From assembly GCF_003072485.1 (NCBI RefSeq), contig NZ_CP025989.1:240001-272000 (forward strand): 32,000 nucleotides of DNA. The letters run 5' to 3'. The notes under the pieces are model-generated. The model searched no databases. It was not told the DNA's origin and saw only the letters and a list, made by a program, of their open reading frames with translations. This document shows positions 24,252 through 32,000 of this stretch, one piece after another (the stretch's first letter is position 1; each line of letters starts with the position of its first letter). The DNA comes from Candidatus Fokinia solitaria (GTDB lineage Bacteria; Pseudomonadota; Alphaproteobacteria; Rickettsiales; Midichloriaceae). Position numbers and translations under genes: made by a program.

Positions 24252-25475
24252 ATGAGAGCGAAATCGAAAAGCAATAACACTTTTGTAGTGGATGTAGGCA
24301 CTTCCAAGATTGCTATGATACTCGCGAAGATAAGCGATATCAAAGATGGAATAGAGATTATAGATTCGTATTGCGCTTCAAGTGTTGGAGTAAAAGAGGG
24401 GATCATAGCGGATCCGCATGCATTACGTGATGTAGTAAGGCACTGCTATAGTCATTTTTTTCGTCATATGAATGACAGGAGAGCAGATGTTTATGTAACG
24501 CTGCCATCGAGTGTATTAACTTCAATTCCTACTGAAACGAGATTAAATATTGCAGGGCATGCTGTTACGTATAAGGAGATCAATAAGATGGCTATCGAAG
24601 CTGAGAATAATAATTGTAAAAAGAGAAATTTAAGCGCGATACATAGCTTTGTATACAACTACTCTATAGATGGTTACGATGGATTGATATCTCCAATAGG
24701 GATGCATGGAAACACGTTAGTTTGTGATACTCATTTTGTTGCATGCCAAGATTCTACGATATTAAATATTTCAGGTTTCTTTGAGAATTGTGGAATATCG
24801 GTGAATCAGTATATATGCGGACATTATGCTGGTACTTGCGCTACAATAACGGAAGACGAAACAAAATTAGGCGTATGTGTGATAGAATTCGGCGGTGGAG
24901 TGACATCTATTTCGATATTTCATGCGGCACACATGGTATATATTGGTTATGTACCGTATGGAGGTATGAATATCACGAATGATATAGCTAAAGTATTCGG
25001 CGTGAAGATCAAAGATGCGGAGAAAATAAAGAATTTGCACGCTAATCTGCATGATTATAAGCAGTCGGGGCAGGTGATAATTGAAAATTGCGAAACTCAG
25101 TATGATGAAGAAATTACAACATCGTTATTAGATGATATAGTGAGAGCGAGAATTGAAGAAATAACGATGATGCTATTTAAGAAATGTCCAGAAGAATGGA
25201 TGAGAAAAGTAAGCGCATGCATAGTAATAGGAGGTTCTACGAAGATCGTAGGTATAGATGAGTTGATCAAAAAGATATCAGGCATTAAAACGAGAATTGG
25301 AAAACCATTGAAGAAATGTTCGCCGGATGACAGATTAGAGGTAGAATATGCTAATGCAATGGGAGTACTGAAATTCGTTAACGATCAGAAAGTTCGCCAT
25401 AGAAAGCACGCAATGCTAAAAAGTTCTTCTGCTGAGAGTATTTTTCAGAAAATAAAGAAAATATTTTTAGAGTGA
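24252..25475 (+). CDS. ftsA: Cell division protein FtsA
   Basis: 407 aa; TFVVDVGTSKIAMILAKI, GVKEGIIADPHALRDVV, LGVCVIEFGGGVTSISIFHAAHMVYIGYVPYGGMNITNDIAKVFGVKIKDAEKIK, CIVIGGSTKIVGIDEL. Confidence 0.92.
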   Translation: MRAKSKSNNTFVVDVGTSKIAMILAKISDIKDGIEIIDSYCASSVGVKEGIIADPHALRDVVRHCYSHFFRHMNDRRADVYVTLPSSVLTSIPTETRLNIAGHAVTYKEINKMAIEAENNNCKKRNLSAIHSFVYNYSIDGYDGLISPIGMHGNTLVCDTHFVACQDSTILNISGFFENCGISVNQYICGHYAGTCATITEDETKLGVCVIEFGGGVTSISIFHAAHMVYIGYVPYGGMNITNDIAKVFGVKIKDAEKIKNLHANLHDYKQSGQVIIENCETQYDEEITTSLLDDIVRARIEEITMMLFKKCPEEWMRKVSACIVIGGSTKIVGIDELIKKISGIKTRIGKPLKKCSPDDRLEVEYANAMGVLKFVNDQKVRHRKHAMLKSSSAESIFQKIKKIFLE

Positions 25476-25479
25476 TATT

Positions 25480-27033
25480 ATGAGGCTTGAAACGCATAAT
25501 CCTACCGATGTAACAAAGGAAGTAAAGGTATACTCAGTTACAGAAATATCCAATCATATAAAGGCGCTACTTGGTAAAAGTTATCCTTACGTAAAGATAC
25601 GTGGAGAAATTTCTTCGATATTTCAAAAAAACGGACATACGTACATCAATCTAAAGGATGCTTCATCCATGATAAAAGTTGTCACTTTTGCTTATCAAAA
25701 TATTAGACTAAGTGCAGAAATAAAAGATGGAGTAGAAGTAATATGTACAGGTGCACTTACATCTTATGGCGCTTCTTCCTGTTATCAGCTACATGCGAGT
25801 GCGATCGAAATTAGTGGTGAGGGCGAATTATTAGCGATACTTGAGAGACGTAAGAAAGAATACGAAATAAAGGGATATTTTTCACAAGATAGAAAAAAAG
25901 CATTACCTCTTTTTCCGCGAATAATAGGAATTATCACATCAATTCAGGGAGCAGTAATAAGAGATATAGTAAATACACTTTCTCAGCGTATACCTACGAT
26001 CCTTTTTATATTTGATGTAAGCGTACAGGGGCAATTCGCCGCACTTGAAGTATGCAATGCTTTGCAGAAATTTCAATCTCTTCCGAAATACGCGGATCTT
26101 GAGCTAAATGATTTTATAAGCAAAACATCAGAAGAAGTAGCAGAGATGAATTTTCATGATCTTCCACAGCCTGATATATTGATAATAGCAAGAGGAGGAG
26201 GATCAGTTAGTGAATTATGGACGTTTAACGAAGAAGCTATAATAGAAGAGATATATCGTTGCACAATTCCAATTATATCAGGTATTGGTCATGAAACGGA
26301 TAATACGCTTTCAGATTATGTTGCAGATAGAAGAGAGCATACACCGACTGCAGCGGCAGTTGCTGCAGTTAAGACTATCGATAGTCTGCAGTACGCTAGA
26401 ACGACACAAGACGTTGTGTATACATTTGAGAAAAAGCTTGAAGAAGCTAGAGGCAAATTACAGGAAGCTAATAGCATTCTTGAGAGAAAATACAAAACTC
26501 TTGAACGTAATATAGAAAAGTTTTCCGATGGAGTATATTTCGACTTAAAGAAAGTGGTGGACGATATAAACTATCAACTCAACAGTAGTCGTTTAAAACT
26601 TGAGTCAAAATATGAAAGAATCAGATCTCGTATTGATAGTATGTATGCTAGTATGTGTCACATTATCGATTTCCAGTGTAGAAGCGCCGATAGCGCGATA
26701 CAACAGCATAGAAATGCGATGCTTCAAGGATGTAAGCGTACCGAGGAGAGGTTACGTATGCATGAAACTACAATAACGAATATTTGGCTAAATGCTGTTC
26801 AAAATATGAATTTAGCTATGGTGCAAATCAAGCACTTGTTGGATATGCACAATCAAAAACTTTCGAAGTTCAATTATAAGGATACATTAAAGCGAGGCTT
26901 CGCTGTAGTAAGAGATAAAGATGGATATGCAGTGCAGGCAAAAGATGCTGTATCAGTCAATTCAATGATTGAAATAGAAGTGTCAGATGGATATATAAGT
27001 GCGCTAGTGAAAGATAACTCAAAAAGTAAGTAG
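25480..27033 (+). CDS. xseA: Exodeoxyribonuclease VII large subunit
   Basis: 517 aa; YSVTEISNHIKALLGKSYPYVKIRGEISSIFQKNGHTYINLKD, FPRIIGIITSIQGAVIRDI, IIARGGGSVSELWTFNEEAI, PIISGIGHETDNTLSDYVADRREHTPTAAA, LKRGFAVVRD. Confidence 0.96.
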   Translation: MRLETHNPTDVTKEVKVYSVTEISNHIKALLGKSYPYVKIRGEISSIFQKNGHTYINLKDASSMIKVVTFAYQNIRLSAEIKDGVEVICTGALTSYGASSCYQLHASAIEISGEGELLAILERRKKEYEIKGYFSQDRKKALPLFPRIIGIITSIQGAVIRDIVNTLSQRIPTILFIFDVSVQGQFAALEVCNALQKFQSLPKYADLELNDFISKTSEEVAEMNFHDLPQPDILIIARGGGSVSELWTFNEEAIIEEIYRCTIPIISGIGHETDNTLSDYVADRREHTPTAAAVAAVKTIDSLQYARTTQDVVYTFEKKLEEARGKLQEANSILERKYKTLERNIEKFSDGVYFDLKKVVDDINYQLNSSRLKLESKYERIRSRIDSMYASMCHIIDFQCRSADSAIQQHRNAMLQGCKRTEERLRMHETTITNIWLNAVQNMNLAMVQIKHLLDMHNQKLSKFNYKDTLKRGFAVVRDKDGYAVQAKDAVSVNSMIEIEVSDGYISALVKDNSKSK

Positions 27034-27142
27034 AAAGTGATTTCGTAGAAGAGAAATTTTATCCGATCAAGTGCAGCGTAGAATAAAATATTACGAAAAT
27101 GGCATTTACATATGATATGAAATCGATAATCATGTGCACGTG

Positions 27143-27230
27143 GAAGGGTGGCCGAGCGGCTGAAGGCGCACGCTTGGAAAGCGTGTTTACTCAAAAGGTA
27201 ACAAGGGTTCGAATCCCTTTCCTTCCGCCA
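27143..27230 (+). tRNA. tRNA-Ser (anticodon GGA), CCA encoded
   Basis: GGAAGGGTGGCCGAGCGGCTGAAGGCGCACGCTTGGAAAGCGTGTTTACTCAAAAGGTAACAAGGGTTCGAATCCCTTTCCTTCCGCCA; class II tRNA with long variable arm, anticodon loop TTGGAAA. Confidence 0.97.
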
Positions 27231-27335
27231 CGTGATGACGCATTTCATATTTCTAGATGATATCAGTAATTCGTTTCGTTATTCATCTAGCTGTGCTTTA
27301 TCCAAGTATTAAGAGTGTTGCGTTAGATAAAAGAT

Positions 27336-28664
27336 CTACACATTCTTTATCATTCGTAGTATGAGTTGATGCAACTCGTTCAATTTTACTGTTAACTGCG
27401 TTCCTTCTTCCATATTCCTCAATATCGCTATCCCGTCCTGATATTCTTTTTTGTCAAATATAACCACAAATTTAAATTTTCTTTTAGATGCGTATTTTAA
27501 TTGATTAGAAAGATTTTGCAACTCGGTGTACACGAATACATCTAGCGATGAAGCTCTCAACTGATTGGCAAATTTCATATAGACGATCATCATCGAATGA
27601 TCTTGAGTGGCAATCATGATCGTGTTTTCATATTTTTCCGTATAAGCATCCGTAATTAATTTGAACAACCTGTATAATCCTATTGAAACTCCTACTCCTG
27701 CATATTGCTGCTTTGCTCCTAAGTTGCTAATAAGATTAGAATATGTACCGCCTCCACATATGCTGCCTAATTTTGGATCATCATCTGTAATTACTTCGCA
27801 AACGAATCCAGTATAATAGCTTAAGCCGCGCGCTAGTCGTGGTACGAGTACTATGTTATCTTGAGATTCGTTCAGATTCTTTACCGTAGTTATCAATTTT
27901 CTCATATATTCTAAGCTTTCATAAAATCTCTCCGATGACGTAAATTGTTCTAGTATCTTTGTTTGTACTTCCATTGATTCTTTACAAAAATCGATAGTGA
28001 CCAATTCGCATATTTTATCAATTTGAGTTCTATTACAGCCATTTTCTTCTAGTAGTAGTGCTAGAGTTTCAATTTTAATTTTGTCCGATTTATCCAATAA
28101 CCTTGCGATGTCAGTAAATTTTTCCTGAGAAATACCTATACTTTCAAAGATACCGCTTAAGATATCCTTGTGATTGACTAGTATTGTGAATTTCTCCAAA
28201 CCAAGAATATGTAAGCACTTCGATATCAAACATATTACTTCAATCTCAGACCAAAATAATTCATCTCCCTTGTTTATTATGTCAATATCAAACTGGTAAA
28301 ATTGTCTGTAGCGTCCATTTTGCGGTCTATCACCACGCCATACGTATCCTGTTTGATATCTTTTATAAGGAAAAGCAATATCATGACTGTATTGTGCAAT
28401 ATATCGTGCAAAAGAGAAAGTTAAGTCGAATCTTAGTCCAAGTTCCGGAGAAAAGTTATTACCTCTATCATTTGCTCTTTGTATTCCATATATCTCATTA
28501 TCACCACTTTTAGATAGTAGCGTTTCAAGTTTTTCCACTGGCGATGTATCTAAATTCTCAAATCCGTATGAATGAAGTGCTTTTTGCATTTCCTGCATCA
28601 TACGATGAAATAATTTTTGATACTTTATTACAACTTCAGGATATCCCGATATATGACTGATCAT
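27336..28664 (-). CDS. hisS: Histidyl-tRNA synthetase
   Basis: 442 aa; SGYPEVVIKYQKLFHRM, ELGLRFDLTFSFARYIAQY, FPYKRYQTGYVWRGDRPQNGRYRQFYQFDIDII, VPRLARGLSYYTGFVCEV, GGGTYSNLI. Confidence 0.93.
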   Translation of the reverse strand: MISHISGYPEVVIKYQKLFHRMMQEMQKALHSYGFENLDTSPVEKLETLLSKSGDNEIYGIQRANDRGNNFSPELGLRFDLTFSFARYIAQYSHDIAFPYKRYQTGYVWRGDRPQNGRYRQFYQFDIDIINKGDELFWSEIEVICLISKCLHILGLEKFTILVNHKDILSGIFESIGISQEKFTDIARLLDKSDKIKIETLALLLEENGCNRTQIDKICELVTIDFCKESMEVQTKILEQFTSSERFYESLEYMRKLITTVKNLNESQDNIVLVPRLARGLSYYTGFVCEVITDDDPKLGSICGGGTYSNLISNLGAKQQYAGVGVSIGLYRLFKLITDAYTEKYENTIMIATQDHSMMIVYMKFANQLRASSLDVFVYTELQNLSNQLKYASKRKFKFVVIFDKKEYQDGIAILRNMEEGTQLTVKLNELHQLILRMIKNV

Positions 28665-28778
28665 AATAATACGTACTTTTCATGAATTGTATAAAATGCT
28701 TCAAATTTTATAAATAGAATGTTGATAAAATCGGAAAATTTGCGATAATCGCTACGCGATATCCATTCTTATAACAGC

Positions 28779-30059
28779 ATGAAAAGAAGAGTAGTTATCA
28801 CAGGTGTTGGTGCTATTACTCCACTTGGTACTACGATAAACAAAAGTTGGGATTCTTTGATAAAAGGACGATCTGGTATAAGAGTGATACCGGAATCGCT
28901 TTTTGATACATCGGATCTTGTATCTAAGGTTGCAGGATATATTTCGGATAATAAGACAAATGACTGTAGTGATGAAGAAATGTGCTTCATACCAGAGAAG
29001 TACATAGAGCCTCAGAAAATTTCTTCCATGGATAGATTTATACAACTCGCTATACATGCTGCAGAGGAAGCAATAAGAGATTCAGGTTATTTATGCGATT
29101 CGGAGGAAAAAGCGATGAAAGCTGGTGTGATAGTAGGTTCTGGTATTGGCGGACTTCTTGCGATTGAAAAAAACATGAAGATATTAGAATCTGCAGGACC
29201 GAGAAGAATTAGCCCTTTCTTTATACCTTCTACTCTTATCAATTTAGCTAATGGCCATCTATCTATAAAATATGGATTCAAAGGGATGTCACATGGTATT
29301 GTTAGTGCATGTGCTACTGGCGCGCATGCTATAGGAGAAGCGGCAAGGATTATTTCTACTGGAGAGTTAGATGTTGCTTTATGCGGAGGTTCTGAAGCCG
29401 CTATATGCAGATTTGGATTAGCTGGCTTTCAAGCAGCAAGAGCATTATCAAAAAATCCTTCTCCTCAAGATGCTTCAAGACCTTTCGATGTAGGGAGAGA
29501 TGGTTTTGTAATGGGGGAAGGCGCAGGGATCTTTGTATTAGAAGAGTATGAAAGTGCAAAAAAACGTGATGCAAAAATTTACTGTGAAGTTGCAGGTTAT
29601 GGTAGTACGAGTGATGCGTACCATATTACGATGCCGGAAGCAGATGGTAAAGGTATCATATCAGCAATGGAGAAAGCGCTGAAAAATGCTGAAATCAATC
29701 ATTCTGACATAGGGTATATCAATGCGCATGCGACATCTACTCCTGCAGGCGATTTGATTGAAATAGAAAGTATAAAAAAATTCTTAGGAAAAAATTATCA
29801 ACATACTCCAATATCAGCGACAAAGTCTTATACAGGTCATCTTCTTGGTGCAGCTGGTGCAGTTGAAGCCGCATTCTGTATAATGGCGCTAAAACATAAA
29901 GTATTACCTCCTACAATAGGTGTGTCGAATTTGATGGAAGAAGCAAAAGATATGAATATTATATTAAATGAGCCGCTAGAGGCTGATGTATCATACGTTA
30001 TGTCGAATTCTTTCGGTTTCGGTGGAACAAATTGCGTCCTAATTCTAAAAAGACTATAG
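28779..30059 (+). CDS. fabF: Beta-ketoacyl-ACP synthase II
   Basis: 426 aa; RRVVITGVGAITPLGTTINKSWDSLIKGRSGI, SACATGAHAIGEA (Cys), NAHATSTPAGD (His), ATKSYTGHLLGAAGAVEA (His), SNSFGFGGTNCVLIL. Confidence 0.97.
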   Translation: MKRRVVITGVGAITPLGTTINKSWDSLIKGRSGIRVIPESLFDTSDLVSKVAGYISDNKTNDCSDEEMCFIPEKYIEPQKISSMDRFIQLAIHAAEEAIRDSGYLCDSEEKAMKAGVIVGSGIGGLLAIEKNMKILESAGPRRISPFFIPSTLINLANGHLSIKYGFKGMSHGIVSACATGAHAIGEAARIISTGELDVALCGGSEAAICRFGLAGFQAARALSKNPSPQDASRPFDVGRDGFVMGEGAGIFVLEEYESAKKRDAKIYCEVAGYGSTSDAYHITMPEADGKGIISAMEKALKNAEINHSDIGYINAHATSTPAGDLIEIESIKKFLGKNYQHTPISATKSYTGHLLGAAGAVEAAFCIMALKHKVLPPTIGVSNLMEEAKDMNIILNEPLEADVSYVMSNSFGFGGTNCVLILKRL

Positions 30060-30182
30060 TAGAATGTGGGAGATCTGCAGTGATCTGATGTATATGATGT
30101 TATATCTTGCCAGCATTCGTGTATGTTGTGGCAGAATTTGCATTCTTTCTAAAAAAATATAGTAATTTCCACATCTCTATCC

Positions 30183-31409
30183 ATGCACAACATAAGAAAT
30201 TGCATAGCATCGCTTTTCGTTTTTCTATTGCCTCTTGCGTTTTTCGCATACCAGTTCGTTCCTAAACTCTTGCCGATGCTTATTACGGAAAAGATGATGA
30301 ACGCTGGACTTAGTGCGAATCAGTTTAATTTAATTGTTTCGGCATGGACATATGGTGTGCCTATTCTGCAAATACCGTTCGCAATCCTTGTAAGAAAGTA
30401 TGAGATCAGAAAGTTATTATCCATATGTATTCTACTTTCTGGTATTTCCATAATACCGTTTTTGCTACCTGTGAATTTTTGGATGATGTTACTTGGTAGA
30501 TTCGTTTTAGGATTAACTTCTGGTGTTGCATTCTTATCGACTGCTATTGTTACGTCTCAACTGTACTCTAAAAAAGCTTATTCAATAATGCTTTCGCTTG
30601 CGTTCAGCATTGGATTTTGCGGTGCTGTATATGCAGGTGAGCCTATTGGACGAATGATAAATGAGTTAGGGTTATATTCAGTCGTAATGTCGATGATTGC
30701 ATTCTGTGTGATTAACTCAATATTAGTGTTCTTATTTCTACGTACCGATAAGAGTAATGAAGAGAAAAGTGTATTATCATTGCGTGGACTGTGGATGATT
30801 CTAAAAAATCCGATATTTCTTTCGCTTGGAATAAGCAATTTGCTGATGTCGGGAAGCTATGAAGCGTTTGCAAATGTATGGGGTGCATTATATTTTAGAA
30901 AAATGTATTTTCTTTCTGAAAGTGCAGCAGCAGGTATTATATCGTATGTGTTTATAGGTATGATAGTTGGAGGACCTATAGCTGCATTCTTAGGAATGAA
31001 ATTTGGATATTATAGAGTAATTGGCTTATCGAGTACCTTTATCAGTTTACTAATACTATATGCGTGTTCTGGTATGCAGTATCATCCGATGATAATCAAT
31101 ACATGTCTTTTTTTCATTGGTGTCTTAAGCTGTTCACAAGTGTTAATATACTCTATAGGCAATCAGACTGCCGGTAAGTATGATTTAGCAGTAGTTGCTG
31201 CATTTTTGAACTGCGTAGGTACTATGGCGGGTATGTTTTTTCACACTCTGATAACAGTATCATTCTTTATTTTAGAACCATCTGCAACTACGCATGAAAT
31301 GTATGATATTACCTCATGCAGAAATGTTCTGATGTGGATTCCTGCTGCAGGAATAATAGTAAGCGTGATAATGAATGCTTTGCAGAAACAAAGTAGCAAA
31401 TCATCATAA
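30183..31409 (+). CDS. Major facilitator superfamily transporter
   Basis: 408 aa, about 12 hydrophobic segments; [62 protein letters not shown]. Confidence 0.88.
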   Translation: MHNIRNCIASLFVFLLPLAFFAYQFVPKLLPMLITEKMMNAGLSANQFNLIVSAWTYGVPILQIPFAILVRKYEIRKLLSICILLSGISIIPFLLPVNFWMMLLGRFVLGLTSGVAFLSTAIVTSQLYSKKAYSIMLSLAFSIGFCGAVYAGEPIGRMINELGLYSVVMSMIAFCVINSILVFLFLRTDKSNEEKSVLSLRGLWMILKNPIFLSLGISNLLMSGSYEAFANVWGALYFRKMYFLSESAAAGIISYVFIGMIVGGPIAAFLGMKFGYYRVIGLSSTFISLLILYACSGMQYHPMIINTCLFFIGVLSCSQVLIYSIGNQTAGKYDLAVVAAFLNCVGTMAGMFFHTLITVSFFILEPSATTHEMYDITSCRNVLMWIPAAGIIVSVIMNALQKQSSKSS

Positions 31410-32000
31410 TGGTATTCTATCTTTCTTATAGCTTAATGCAGCTTTTGCATACGAATTAAATAGAGGATGTCCATTGCGTGGCGTTGATGTGAATTCTGGA
31501 TGAAATTGACAAGCAAAAAACCAACGATGATGTGGTAGTTCTATCGTTTCTACGAGTTTTTTAGTACCTGCTGAATAGCCACTTATAACTAGTCCAGCTG
31601 CTTCGAGGCGTGGTATATAGTCATTATTGATCTCATAGCGATGCCGATGCCGTTCGTAAATGACATCATTGCCATAAATTGCAGAAGCAAGAGAATTTGG
31701 TAAAAGATTACACTGGTAGTTTCCTAGTCGCATTGTGCCGCCAAAACAGGAGCTATTATCACGCACTTCTACATTACCACTATGATTAATCCATTGATTA
31801 ATTAAGGCAACAACAGGAAATTTAGTACTTAGATCAAATTCTGTCGAATTGGCGTCGCTCATGTTAGCGATATTTCTTGCATATTCGATAAGTGCTATTT
31901 GCATGCCAAGGCAAATACCGAGATATGGAATATTATTTTCTCGCGCGAAACGTATAGCTGCGATTTTTCCATCCATACCACGTTTGCCGAAACCACCAGG
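31404..32000 (-). CDS. pyrG: CTP synthase, C-terminal glutamine amidotransferase part (5' end beyond window)
   Basis: Frame open to base 32000 ([44 protein letters not shown]); [43 protein letters not shown]. Confidence 0.96.
   Translation of the reverse strand, partial: PGGFGKRGMDGKIAAIRFARENNIPYLGICLGMQIALIEYARNIANMSDANSTEFDLSTKFPVVALINQWINHSGNVEVRDNSSCFGGTMRLGNYQCNLLPNSLASAIYGNDVIYERHRHRYEINNDYIPRLEAAGLVISGYSAGTKKLVETIELPHHRWFFACQFHPEFTSTPRNGHPLFNSYAKAALSYKKDRIPL

Overview
The window is an AT-rich, gene-dense segment that looks like a Rickettsiales-type (obligate intracellular alphaproteobacterial) chromosome. This taxonomic placement is inferred from gene content such as a Tlc-type ADP/ATP translocase and scattered nuo/atp genes. 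Most of it is housekeeping sequence: tlc (5' truncated), glyA, a PLD-family exported protein, def, mscS-like, nuoA, DedA, EamA, an AsmA-like protein, a MaoC/phosphotransacetylase fusion, a RatA/COQ10-like protein, ruvX, nhaA, mlaD-like, nuoE, atpH-like, lspA, rpoZ, a xerC/D-like recombinase, ndk, an SLT-domain protein, ftsA, xseA, hisS, fabF, an MFS transporter and pyrG (5' end beyond the window). There are tRNA genes for Phe(GAA), Gly(TCC) and Ser(GGA). The main accessory-looking element is an 864-aa single-gene module at 18019..20613. It has an acidic repeat N-terminus, an ABC/SMC-like ATPase and a TOPRIM-like C-terminus, which together resemble OLD or PARIS (AriA/AriB) defence proteins, and it sits between two tRNA genes. 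Other notable structure: a four-copy 145-bp noncoding tandem repeat upstream of ftsA, a 186-bp tandem duplication downstream of tlc that shares a 24-nt word with the tlc coding sequence, and a hisS that looks unlike the usual Rickettsia type. All family calls come from reading motifs; no database search was run.
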